Positions 29,867 to 39,226 of a stretch of DNA of 64,000 nucleotides are shown here, piece after piece. The notes under the pieces were generated by a model, which was not told where the DNA came from, made no database searches, and saw only the letters and a program-made list of their open reading frames with translations. How positions within the stretch are numbered: position 1 is the first letter of the stretch; each line of letters begins with the position of its first letter. Position numbers and translations under genes: made by a program. The DNA comes from Verrucomicrobiota bacterium (lineage in GTDB: Bacteria > Verrucomicrobiota > Verrucomicrobiia > Opitutales > Coraliomargaritaceae), in assembly GCA_039815375.1 (NCBI GenBank), contig JBCBZJ010000001.1:224001-288000 (forward strand), in the 5' to 3' direction.

Positions 29867-30706
29867 ATGTTTATGAAAAGAATATATCGTTCTATTAAAC
29901 TGCTGTCGCTCTCTATTCTAATTTTACCAACGGCAGCTAACGCCGCAATTGATTTAGATTTTTCTGGTTATATTGGAGGTTCACAGCCAGATCAGGCACT
30001 CACAGGCACTAATACTGTTTATGATGGCCTCACGGGATTGTTCTACAACGATGTTGCTGATGAAGATACTACTGGAATATACATTATCGCTAGACTAGAG
30101 GCAGTTTCGGCATACACAGCCGCTAACACCTCAGCCAACGGCAGGACAGGAACCAACATACAAGTCAATCAAGCAGCCAACAATGGATTAACCAGCTATC
30201 GACTGTCCCTCTACGATGGGCTAACTGGTAATTTGTTTACAAATGGGGGATCGTCTTTCGAGTTTGATTTGGTGATTTATGACATCGACGGCACAGGCAA
30301 CGTAGAGTCGATTGGGCTTGAAACTTTTACTATCCTGACTCCGGCATCTTTTCAGTTAACTGACACCACAACGGTGGCATTTGATGGTTCGAATTCATTT
30401 AGTAACGGTGGTGCCGGTGCGGAGGTCAGCAACCCCACGACGAATGATTTGGACGCAACGCAGGAAGATGCGTCCGTAATTTTGTCATTCATGAATCAGA
30501 ATATTGTGAACTTTAATTTCACTACGGCTGGGAATGGCTCGGGTGGCCGTAATTTCTTTATCGATGGGCAAGATTTTGTTGTTTTCGATGACGCTCTCTC
30601 GACTGGCATCAACAATGGCTCAATTGTTCCAGAACCCTCAGCATATGCTTTTCTGTTGGGTCTCGTCGTTCTTGGTATCGCTACAACGCGTAGGTCAGTG
30701 GTCTAA
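29867..30706 (+). CDS. PEP-CTERM exosortase-substrate protein
   Basis: Signal peptide (ANA|A); Asn/Gly/Thr-rich body; VPEPSAYAFLLGLVVLGIATTRR. Confidence 0.92.
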   Translation: MFMKRIYRSIKLLSLSILILPTAANAAIDLDFSGYIGGSQPDQALTGTNTVYDGLTGLFYNDVADEDTTGIYIIARLEAVSAYTAANTSANGRTGTNIQVNQAANNGLTSYRLSLYDGLTGNLFTNGGSSFEFDLVIYDIDGTGNVESIGLETFTILTPASFQLTDTTTVAFDGSNSFSNGGAGAEVSNPTTNDLDATQEDASVILSFMNQNIVNFNFTTAGNGSGGRNFFIDGQDFVVFDDALSTGINNGSIVPEPSAYAFLLGLVVLGIATTRRSVV

Positions 30707-31128
30707 ATTATCAAAAATTGCGCCCTTGGCGGATTTCGGTTTTCTGAGGCCTCGAAAGTCTATTTCTGATTCTGTTCCCCCTGGCGAGGGTAATCAGGCA
30801 GTAGTAAGTCCCGCTTCAGAGTCTTAGAGGTTGAATGGTGCAGCTGGTTATCACCTAGCAAGCTCATGACAATCAGAACATTCTACACCTACCCAACTGG
30901 TTCGCGGATTCCACTATAAAAGACTGAGCGCAAGAGGAGAACAGGGATCGGTATTGTCTGCCTTGCAGGTGGCTTCCTTTGTTCAAAATTCTATCTTGCT
31001 CTAAAAGGGAGCAAACGGGTCTCTAAAAGAGTATAAAAATGAGATTAGAGGAGTTGCGGTGGTGCCAAACTGATAATCCAGTTATGCCATTTTTTCACCC
31101 GAAGAGATTCGTAAAGAGGCGGGCTTAG

Positions 31129-32151
31129 TTGACAAATTATTTTCCTAGAACTTCAGTTGGTATTTGTATTGTGTATAGTTTAATTCATTTTAGATGTTTT
31201 TTCCGTCAATTCATTCTAATTTCACTAGCACTCTTTACTGTTAGTAAACATTCTTATTCTCAAGCCGTTCCGGATTATCCGGACGTGTCCTATGGGCCTG
31301 AAGAGCGTCAATGGCTGAATATTTACACTGCGCCTTCAGTGACCCCGACGCCAGTATTCATCTACTCCCATTCAAATGGTGCCACGGCGGATAACATTAG
31401 CGCAGCGATTATTGATGACTTAAAAGCTGCAGGCATCTCGACAGTTTCTTGGGAATCGTTATTAAACTTAGCAACTCCGAATGATGTTGCAACTTCTTGG
31501 AATGATGCAGAGCTCATGCTTGCATGGGTGAAGAGTAACGCTAATACCTACAATTTCGATGTTTCGAAGCTCATTGTAGGAGGCAGTTCTCGTGGTACTG
31601 TGGCTAGCTGGAAATTGGCCCATAGCAATGATCCTGCAATTCGCGGACTTTACATGTATAACGCTCTTCCGGACCAAGTCTGGAGTTTTCCAGAAACTTG
31701 GATTCCAACGAATGACGTGACGGAGAGTTCGCCACCTCTTTGTTTTGTCTATAACGTATCCCCTATGGATCCGACAGATGTGCACGATCCTGACAATGGC
31801 TTTACTATAGTTGATCGTTATGAAGAATTAGATCGCGCTGATCGGGTGACCCTTATCCACAGCATTGGAACGAGTGGTGATACCGATAGATTTCAGTTCT
31901 TGGTCGATTTTGCTCTAACATCGATCGGGCGGGAGCCAGGATTGAATTATACCTTTACTTATGAAGATGGAATAGCCCGTGTTTCCTGGGATACGATGAT
32001 AGGAAGAAAGTATCAAATCCAGCGCTCGATTGATCTTAAGGTATGGGACGATCTCGTTATGGTGTCCGGTGATAACCGTAGCGTAATGCGCCAAGAAATA
32101 AATAGTAATGAATCAAGCTTCTATCGTATCCAATTCTTATTTGATCAATAG
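31129..32151 (+). CDS. Secreted alpha/beta-hydrolase (esterase-like) with a Verrucomicrobia-type C-terminal domain
   Basis: DVSYGPEERQWLNIY, nucleophile GSSRG, DVHDP; C-terminal YQIQRSIDLKVW...FYRIQ; start codon uncertain. Confidence 0.7.
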   Translation: MTNYFPRTSVGICIVYSLIHFRCFFRQFILISLALFTVSKHSYSQAVPDYPDVSYGPEERQWLNIYTAPSVTPTPVFIYSHSNGATADNISAAIIDDLKAAGISTVSWESLLNLATPNDVATSWNDAELMLAWVKSNANTYNFDVSKLIVGGSSRGTVASWKLAHSNDPAIRGLYMYNALPDQVWSFPETWIPTNDVTESSPPLCFVYNVSPMDPTDVHDPDNGFTIVDRYEELDRADRVTLIHSIGTSGDTDRFQFLVDFALTSIGREPGLNYTFTYEDGIARVSWDTMIGRKYQIQRSIDLKVWDDLVMVSGDNRSVMRQEINSNESSFYRIQFLFDQ

Positions 32152-32316
32152 ACTTTGGGCAAAATTGCTTTACTCGTTGACCGAAGAAAGCAAAAAAGGG
32201 GAGGCCTTAGCAAGGGATTTAAACAAGCAAGGTTCCCGTTGAATCCAAGCCATTTAACGCTTTTTGTTGCTTACGGGAGTCAAAAAGAGGCATTCCGTAA
32301 ATCCTTGCATTCGACA

Positions 32317-32410
32317 TTGGCGGGCGCAAACCTGTCAGCTTTTTGTGTAAGTCGTTGTGCAACAGGGCGGCTCACGAGAATTATCGAACTGTGGACACAC
32401 ATAGGGACAC
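32317..32410 (+). repeat. att-like site 5 (non-tRNA spacer core + arm)
   Basis: TTGGCGG-GCGCAAA-CCTGTCA, GCTTTTTGTGTAAGTCGTTG, 59 bp to GGACACACATAGGGACAC (32393-32410). Confidence 0.8.
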
Positions 32411-32534
32411 AAGGAATCGATTTTTGAGCGTTTTATGTCTTATTTTTCTAAACGAGGAATTCTCAATAAAACCCACAAGTCATTTTAAATAAATGAATTA
32501 AGTTAATTTATAGGCTGTCTTAATTAGATCAAAA

Positions 32535-32641
32535 TGGTCGGGCCAACAGGATTGCTACGCCATCTATACATTGACGAGACGCAATATTCGTAGCTGCAAT
32601 GTTTCGTTAAACCTGCTTGTTCGCAGCTTCAAACCTCTGTC
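32535..32641 (+). repeat. tRNA-Pro 3' copy split by a 74-bp insertion
   Basis: TGGTCGGGCCAACAGGATT [32554-32627, ends GCTACG/CGCAGC] TTCAAACCTCTGTC; rejoined it matches 24510-24540 (...GGATTTGAACCTCTGTC). Confidence 0.7.
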
Positions 32642-32651
32642 CGCCAGCGAC

Positions 32652-32680
32652 AAAAAGCCCTCGCTACAGCGAAAGCTTTT
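32652..32680 (-). terminator. Terminator directly downstream of tRNA-Pro
   Basis: Minus strand AAGCTTTCGCT-GT-AGCGAGGGCTT-TTT. Confidence 0.7.
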
Positions 32681-32682
32681 AT

Positions 32683-32763
<81 letters not shown>

Positions 32764-32817
32764 TAAAAATTTGGAAGCTGGCGTGATGTTGTTTCGGGTC
32801 AAGCCTATATCTGAGTG

Positions 32818-34041
32818 CTAGGGTGTGCTGGTGCTTACCGAGATGCGGATAAATGCGGTTGTCGATGTCATGATTGGTGTTGAGCGGCGATAAATGAGCG
32901 TCTCTGTTCCATCTCCGTTATTTACGGATGCTGGGTCTGAATCATAGATGCCCGCCGAGTCTGTTGGCCAAAATGTAACATTGTCGGTAGTCATTGGCGT
33001 GTAGGTCACCTCAGACAGACCAATTGGACGTGTAACTTTGAGTTCTAAATAGAGTGAATCGCCGTCCTGTGTCTGCTGGACAATGGGCAGAATTCCCGCA
33101 TCGCTCTGATGCGGATTTCCGCCGAACGCAAATTCAAGCAGCTGTGGAACGCCATCTCCATCTGTGTCGGCGGTGTCGAATGCATCCGTATTGTAGAGAC
33201 TATTTTCGATCTTCCAATCTGAGTAAATGGTGGGATCAGGGATCGCAGCCTCTATATCGTCTATGTAGCTGCTGACGCGGACGAAGTAATTCAAATCGTC
33301 TCCAATGAAAGCAAAGGTGCATGAGCCGCTGGTTGAAACTGCAGCAGAAATACCGGCCAATTTCCATGTGCCGTTGTGGTTCACGAACAGCCCGCTTCCA
33401 GAGTCGTAGATGGTGAGGCCTGCCTCGTCGTTACCTGCATTTGAGTCCAGATCTGTCTGCAGATAATTGTATTCATAGTCGGCAATCTCTCCAAAATTGC
33501 CAAAGTCGATTCGATTGGTTCCCCAGCGCTTGGACATTGTTCCAGAGTTACCCCATTCCCATGTATTTTTTGCACCGCTTGCAGGGTCGTCCACGCTTTC
33601 GTCGCGTCCGACGCCCCATCCAATTAGAGTGCCGGTTGCAGCTATGTCAGCGCGGTTGTTGTCCAATAGCTCGGTTTCTGGAAGGCCGGGGTCTTCCAAT
33701 AGTTTTATGAGCTTCATGTCGGACCCTGCGATTTGAATTGGTGCAAACTGGGTGTCCCGGGCGATGGAGGTAACTCCATCGAAAGTCACTGAGTTTGTGT
33801 TCACATTGACGTGGTCTGCGGTTAGCAGATACTTGCCTCTGATGTGGACAACGCTGCCCTGTGATGAATTAGCGATTCGGCCGACAGAATTAAATACGTT
33901 CTCTCTGGCAGCATCAGGTGCTGTTAGATTGATGTCATTACTGCCCGAGTACAAGATCACTCCGTTTACTGTCAGCTGAAAGCTGGCTAGCATTATGGCA
34001 AAGAAGCATACCTTAATGCGGTGGCTGTGGGGCAGTGTCAT
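32818..34041 (-). CDS. Secreted trypsin-like serine protease with C-terminal DTDGDG and Verrucomicrobia-type domain
   Basis: LLTADHV (His), SDMKLIKL (Asp), YDSGSGLF (Ser), WKLAGI; DTDGDGVPQLLEFAFGGNP; AFIRISV. Confidence 0.75.
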   Translation of the reverse strand: MTLPHSHRIKVCFFAIMLASFQLTVNGVILYSGSNDINLTAPDAARENVFNSVGRIANSSQGSVVHIRGKYLLTADHVNVNTNSVTFDGVTSIARDTQFAPIQIAGSDMKLIKLLEDPGLPETELLDNNRADIAATGTLIGWGVGRDESVDDPASGAKNTWEWGNSGTMSKRWGTNRIDFGNFGEIADYEYNYLQTDLDSNAGNDEAGLTIYDSGSGLFVNHNGTWKLAGISAAVSTSGSCTFAFIGDDLNYFVRVSSYIDDIEAAIPDPTIYSDWKIENSLYNTDAFDTADTDGDGVPQLLEFAFGGNPHQSDAGILPIVQQTQDGDSLYLELKVTRPIGLSEVTYTPMTTDNVTFWPTDSAGIYDSDPASVNNGDGTETLIYRRSTPIMTSTTAFIRISVSTSTP

Positions 34042-34163
34042 GTCGACGTAAACTTAGCCTACTAATCGACACATTCAATGTATTGGTTGCTAATGAATTG
34101 CGAAAAAAATGCCGCAGTCGAAATGACTGCGGCATGAGGCAAAGTTTATTTCTTAAAATCGTT

Positions 34164-34832
34164 CTAGCGCCGCGAGGCCAGGAGGTAGAGCAACCATCCA
34201 AGGCTGCTGATGAATGCCGCGACATAGGTGTAAGCGGCTGCGTCGAGTGTCTTGTTGACCCCCTCGAGTTCGTCCTGGTCTACGATGCCGAGCCCAACCA
34301 GTTGCTTTTTGGCGCGAGAACTGGCGTCAAACTCGACTGGAAGGGTCACGAGTTGGAAGATTGTCAGCACCAAATAAGCGAAGATACCAATCGTGATGAA
34401 TAGGCCGGACTGTCCACCAAAGAGGAAAATCGTGCCCATGAAATAGATGGGCAACAGTTGAGAGGCAAAACTGGTAATTGGCACGAGAGCCATGCGTAGA
34501 TTGAGTGGCGCATAAGCCTGCTTATGCTGGATCGCATGGCCTGCTTCGTGGGCAGCAACACCTAAAGCGGCAAGGCTCGTGCCATGGAAGTTATCCTGAC
34601 TTAGGGCCAGACGTTTGTGGGTCGGGTCATAGTGGTCGGTCAGGGTGCCGTGGCACTGCACGATTTCTACATCATGAATACCGGCGCTCTGCATGACGGC
34701 TTCTGCTGCTTCGCGACCGGTGATTCGACCACGGGAGGGCACTTGCACGTATTTGCCGTAGGCGCTCTTTACTTTCATCTGGGCCCAAAGACCGACGATG
34801 AGCGGGACAATTATTAATACTAAAAAGGTCAT
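34164..34832 (-). CDS. Membrane zinc metallopeptidase (YugP/Zn_peptidase_2 family)
   Basis: LTDHYDP, AAHEAGHAIQH, TLPVEFDASSRA, AAAYTYVAA. Confidence 0.9.
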   Translation of the reverse strand: MTFLVLIIVPLIVGLWAQMKVKSAYGKYVQVPSRGRITGREAAEAVMQSAGIHDVEIVQCHGTLTDHYDPTHKRLALSQDNFHGTSLAALGVAAHEAGHAIQHKQAYAPLNLRMALVPITSFASQLLPIYFMGTIFLFGGQSGLFITIGIFAYLVLTIFQLVTLPVEFDASSRAKKQLVGLGIVDQDELEGVNKTLDAAAYTYVAAFISSLGWLLYLLASRR

Positions 34833-34887
34833 AGTGTGCTAGAATGTCTCATTTTGTGTTTAAATCACTAATTTAGTTCCAATGGTT

Positions 34888-34903
34888 TGCAACTTTCGTG
34901 CCG
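34888..34903 (-). promoter_or_regulatory. sigma54 promoter upstream of the zinc metallopeptidase
   Basis: Minus strand CGGCACG-AAAG-TTGCA, GG-N10-GC. Confidence 0.6.
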
Positions 34904-34983
34904 TTGTTTTGTTTTTAGGACACGTCACATTGTAAAACAATTCTTCCTTGGAATAAAATCACCTTTACCGTGTCTAAATTACT

Positions 34984-35445
34984 ATGATTTATAAAACTCA
35001 CGCTTTCCTCAAGCTGGCTCTCGTTGCTAGTTTATTTGTCTTTGCCGGTCTTGCTCACGCAGGTTCCGGGGATTGGATGACTGAATTTGATGCAGCTGCA
35101 GCAAAGGCCAAGGCTGAAAAGAAGCCGATGCTTTTAGATTTCACGGGCTCTGACTGGTGTGGATGGTGCATAAAGTTGGATAAAGAAGTTTTTAGCCAGA
35201 GCGCTTTCAAGGATTATGCGGGCGATAATCTGGTGCTTGTCGAATTGGATTTCCCTTCACGCAAGAAACAAAGCGCGGAACTACAGGCGCAGAATAAAGC
35301 TCTAGCTGAGAAATACGGAATCCGTGGATATCCAACAATCGTTCTACTTACGCCTGAAGGTGATTTGATTGAGAAAACCGGTTATCGACGTGGTGGGCCT
35401 GAAAAATATGTCGACCACATCAGAGAGTTGATTGCCTCAAATTAA
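34984..35445 (+). CDS. Exported thioredoxin-family protein (DsbH-like)
   Basis: Signal peptide; FTGSDWCGWCIKL; GYPTIV. Confidence 0.88.
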   Translation: MIYKTHAFLKLALVASLFVFAGLAHAGSGDWMTEFDAAAAKAKAEKKPMLLDFTGSDWCGWCIKLDKEVFSQSAFKDYAGDNLVLVELDFPSRKKQSAELQAQNKALAEKYGIRGYPTIVLLTPEGDLIEKTGYRRGGPEKYVDHIRELIASN

Positions 35446-35471
35446 TACGCGTCGCTTTTGCTACACAGAAC

Positions 35472-35502
35472 AGCCTCGGACCAACTGGCCCGAGGCTTTT
35501 TT
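35472..35502 (+). terminator. Rho-independent terminator
   Basis: AGCCTCGG...CCGAGGCT-TTTTT. Confidence 0.75.
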
Positions 35503-35680
35503 GTCCTAAATGATCTTGGGCACAAAGGTTCAGTCAGCCTGTCAGTGGGCTTCAATTTAAGATCCTTGCTCCCAGATACCAGCTGTCTAGCTGCCAGGCC
35601 TGTTAGATCGGCTGCGCCGAGAGCGGTTGATGCCCCTGACCAAGTGAGCGGATGAATTGGCGGGGCATACGTGGATTTAA

Positions 35681-37969
35681 CTACTTCAGCACGCGATGCA
35701 GTGCGTCGCTCATTTCTTTGATTCGATAAGGCTTCGGAACTGCTGCTTTAAAAGCAGAGTTTTCGTAATCTGACATTACGTTCGAAGTCGCGTAGCCGCT
35801 GGAAGCAATCGCGATAAGATCAGGGTCGTATTCAATAAGAATTTCGCTAGCTTTTTCGCCACCCATAGCGCCTGGTACCGTCAGATCGAAGACGACTGCT
35901 CTGAAAGGTTTACCGGATTCTTTGGCTTCCTTGTAAGCGGTAATGGCTTCTTCTCCATTGGTAGAAAACTCTACTTCGTAACCCAAAACATTTAAAATCT
36001 CACCGGCGACAAGCATCATGGCTTCCATATCATCCATCACAAGGATGCGCCCATGACCCTTGTGGATGGATTCGCTTTGGTCGGTCGACGGTTCACTCTC
36101 CGCTGGTCTTTTTGCTGCTGCTTTTTCGTTTTGTGTTTTTGGCAGGTAAACGCGGAAGGCGGTTCCTTTGCCGACCTCGGATTCAACGGTCATGGCTCCC
36201 TGATGACTCTTCACGATAGAGTAAGATGAGGCCAGTCCGAGGCCATTGCCCTCATCCTTAGTGGTAAAGTAAGGGTCGAAGATTCGCTTGATGTTTTCGG
36301 AGCTGATCCCAACGCCTTCGTCTTCCACTTTGATGCAGACATAGGCTCCTGCTTTCAGCGCTGGAATTTCAGAGTGGCGGACACGGCTATTTTCCAAGTG
36401 CAGTTGAATGTTGCCTCCAGTCGGCATGGCTTGGTCGGCATTAATGATTAAGTTGTTAACGACCTGACTGATCTGCCCTTTGTCAGCATCGACTGCCCAG
36501 ATGTCTTTGCCCTTGGTGACCTGGCATTTTACATTAGAACCCCGGAGGCTGAACTGTGCACTTTCTTCCACTAACTTGTCGATCGTTGTAACTTCAAGGA
36601 CGGGCGCGCCACCTTTGGAGAAAGTAAGTAACTGCTGTGTGAGTGATTTGGCTTGGAGGGCGGCTTTTTCGGCTGCCAGTAGCTTGCGGGAGTTTGGGTC
36701 CTCAGCATCAATGTCCATTCGGGCGACCGAGATATTACCCAGAATCGCGGTGAGCATATTGTTGAAATCGTGTGCGATACCTCCAGCCAGTAAGCTCACT
36801 GAATTAAGCTTTTCTGTTTTGAATAGTTCCTCTTCTGCCTTCTTTTGTTTCGTGATATCTCGAAGGACGGTGACGCAACCATGATAGCCCCCTTCTTCAT
36901 CCCGTATTGCCCTCATTTCAGCAGTCACGAGAAGTGGCGCCCTGCCTTGGCCTCGCTCTAGGGGCAGGCCTGCCTTGGAATAGCTTTCAGTGTATTCCGG
37001 GCTCAGAAGATCTTTGGTTGGGTCTTTGATGCTTGTGCCCGAGTCGGGGTTTTTAAGCTTGAGCACTTGGCCTAGTGGTTTGCCGAGCGCTTCCTGATTG
37101 CTGGATCCTGTTAGGCGGGAAGCCTCCTGGTTCATTCGCTCTACTGTGCCGTTTTTGTCTGTTGCGATGACCGCATCGACAATGGAATCGAGTGTTACCG
37201 TTAATCGTTCTTTTTCGCGTTTGAGCTCCAATTCGGCAGAGCGGCGCTGAGTAATGTCACGCAGGCTGACGAGTAGTGCGCTTTCGCCTTCCCAAACCAG
37301 ATCGACCGCGCTGATTTCTACGAGATGTGAGCTTCCTCCGGGCTCAGGGATTTCCAATTCGGATATCTGACTGGTGCTGACTTCAAAAGGAAAGGTCTCA
37401 CCAACCAGGCTGCTTTCTTCGATTTCGAGCAGAGCTGCGGCTGAGGAGTTGAAAAACTTGATTTCATATTCGGGAGTGAGGATGAGCATCGCGTCCGTAT
37501 TCGCGTCAAAGATCCTTCGCAGTAGAGCTTCGCGGTGCTCAAGTTCGCTGGTATACCTTTCAAGCTTTGTCGTTAAATTGCTTCGTTCAATTGCATAGCG
37601 AATAGACCGGCGGAGAACTTCACCACTGAGCCGGTCTTTGAAGAGGTAGTCCTGTGCACCCGCTTGCAGGGCTTGAAGGGAAAGCTGCTCATCGTCGGCG
37701 CCGGTCAGAATAATAACAACTTCGTCAGAAATTTTCTCCAAGAGTCTGTGGAAGGTTTCGATGCCTCTACTGTCGGGTAAAGAGAGATCGAGGAGAACGA
37801 CATGAAACTGTCCTGTGCCGATTTGGTCCAAGCCCTCCCGCAAGCGCTTTACAGTCGTGATCTTGTGGTCGAGGAGCGAAAGGTCGAGGTATTCGGCAAC
37901 GAGGTCGGCATCTGCAGCGTTGTCCTCAAAGAGCAGAATCTCAATTATCTCTGGCGGTTTCTTTGGCAT
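35681..37969 (-). CDS. Hybrid sensor kinase REC-PAS-PAS-HisKA-HATPase-REC
   Basis: LLDLSLPD (REC), two PAS-like segments, AHDFNNML, NLIINA, DEGVGI, FTTKDEGNGLGL, C-terminal FDLTVP; start ATG 37969. Confidence 0.9.
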   Translation of the reverse strand: MPKKPPEIIEILLFEDNAADADLVAEYLDLSLLDHKITTVKRLREGLDQIGTGQFHVVLLDLSLPDSRGIETFHRLLEKISDEVVIILTGADDEQLSLQALQAGAQDYLFKDRLSGEVLRRSIRYAIERSNLTTKLERYTSELEHREALLRRIFDANTDAMLILTPEYEIKFFNSSAAALLEIEESSLVGETFPFEVSTSQISELEIPEPGGSSHLVEISAVDLVWEGESALLVSLRDITQRRSAELELKREKERLTVTLDSIVDAVIATDKNGTVERMNQEASRLTGSSNQEALGKPLGQVLKLKNPDSGTSIKDPTKDLLSPEYTESYSKAGLPLERGQGRAPLLVTAEMRAIRDEEGGYHGCVTVLRDITKQKKAEEELFKTEKLNSVSLLAGGIAHDFNNMLTAILGNISVARMDIDAEDPNSRKLLAAEKAALQAKSLTQQLLTFSKGGAPVLEVTTIDKLVEESAQFSLRGSNVKCQVTKGKDIWAVDADKGQISQVVNNLIINADQAMPTGGNIQLHLENSRVRHSEIPALKAGAYVCIKVEDEGVGISSENIKRIFDPYFTTKDEGNGLGLASSYSIVKSHQGAMTVESEVGKGTAFRVYLPKTQNEKAAAKRPAESEPSTDQSESIHKGHGRILVMDDMEAMMLVAGEILNVLGYEVEFSTNGEEAITAYKEAKESGKPFRAVVFDLTVPGAMGGEKASEILIEYDPDLIAIASSGYATSNVMSDYENSAFKAAVPKPYRIKEMSDALHRVLK

Positions 37970-38019
37970 TTCGCGCGAGCAAGTAACCAGCAAGCTCTAA
38001 TCCTTTGGACAAATCAATC

Positions 38020-39144
38020 TCATATCTTGTTTGTAGCTGCCTCCTTATTCACCTTGGGAAGGCATATATAAAATGTGCTGCCGCCTGCCTTTTCGGATTC
38101 GAGTGAAATGCTGCCGCCATGCCGTTCCACGATCTTCTTGCATACAGCTAGACCAATCCCGGAGCCTTCAAACTCGTCGTGGGTGTTTAACCTCTGGAAC
38201 AGATTGAAGATCAACTCGTGATGGTCCGAATCGATGCCGATTCCTTCATCTTTCACGGAAGTAATCCAAGATTCGGGCACTCCTGCTTCCGCTCCATCTT
38301 TAAAACCGACTTGAACCTGCGGCTTGACGCCCTCGGCATGAAACTTGATTGCGTTACCGATGAGGTTTTGAAAAAGCCGTATCAAACTAATCGAATCGCC
38401 GAGCACGACGGGAGTGCAGTCTGTATCGATTGCTACCTCAGCTGCCAACTCACGAATTGTGGTCGAAAGGTTACTGGTGGCTTCACTGAGCACATTTGTC
38501 AGTGCAATTGGGACGGGGTCGATGTTCTCCTTTTCCATGCGCGCATAGCTCAAAAGGTCTTCGATCAAACGGCGCATTCTGTCAGCACCTTCGCAAGCGT
38601 AGTCGATGTATCGTTTGGCACAGTCATCAAGCGCCTCAGGCGAACGCTCCTGAAGCAGGCGCAGGTAGCCTGTGATCATTCGCAGCGGTTCGCGTAGATC
38701 ATGCGATGCGACCGAAGCGAAGTTGGCCAGTTCACTATGACCTTCCGAGGTGAGCTCTCTGGTATCGATTGTTTGGCATAGGCCGCTTACGACCGGTTTC
38801 GCGACTCCCGGGCTGAGGTAGGCGCGACCCGTCAATCGCACTGTTCGGTTGCCCTTCTCCGGATGCAAAACAAGATCGATTTCCTTGTTCTCGTCCTGAA
38901 CCTTTTGAAAGGCATCCATCGCTGCCTCCTGTGAGCCCTCTCGCAGCAGCATGAGAAAGTCATCAAGAGTTTTAGGAATTTTATCCATCTCTATCCCAAA
39001 GAGAGCCAGCATCGAACTGTCCCATTTCATCGGTTCGTCTGCAGTCCAGCTCCAGTAGCCAACTTCGGCTGTGTCGACTGCGTTTTGCAGGCTGAGCAAC
39101 TGGTCCTGGCATTGTCGGAGTCGCTGGAGTAGAGGATCATCCAT
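38020..39144 (-). CDS. Cytoplasmic PAS-like sensor histidine kinase
   Basis: ASHDLREPLR, FQNLIGNAIKF, DEGIGI, FQRL..FEGSGIGL; start likely ATG 39144. Confidence 0.9.
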   Translation of the reverse strand: MDDPLLQRLRQCQDQLLSLQNAVDTAEVGYWSWTADEPMKWDSSMLALFGIEMDKIPKTLDDFLMLLREGSQEAAMDAFQKVQDENKEIDLVLHPEKGNRTVRLTGRAYLSPGVAKPVVSGLCQTIDTRELTSEGHSELANFASVASHDLREPLRMITGYLRLLQERSPEALDDCAKRYIDYACEGADRMRRLIEDLLSYARMEKENIDPVPIALTNVLSEATSNLSTTIRELAAEVAIDTDCTPVVLGDSISLIRLFQNLIGNAIKFHAEGVKPQVQVGFKDGAEAGVPESWITSVKDEGIGIDSDHHELIFNLFQRLNTHDEFEGSGIGLAVCKKIVERHGGSISLESEKAGGSTFYICLPKVNKEAATNKI

Positions 39145-39226
39145 CAGTTTTGCAAAAAATGATTCGCTATCATGAATAGATCGGCTTTTAATGAAGCACA
39201 ACTTCTTATCCGGCAGCATTTGCTAC

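Noticed and set aside
30710..31128. Transposase or integrase remnant in the intergenic gap
   Set aside because: No DDE or R-H-R-Y motif or terminal repeat was seen in the frames inspected; tBLASTn could still reveal a relic.
8037..32410. GGACACACATAGGGA repeats as a CRISPR array
   Set aside because: Copies are 0.2-13 kb apart with no regular spacers and no cas genes.
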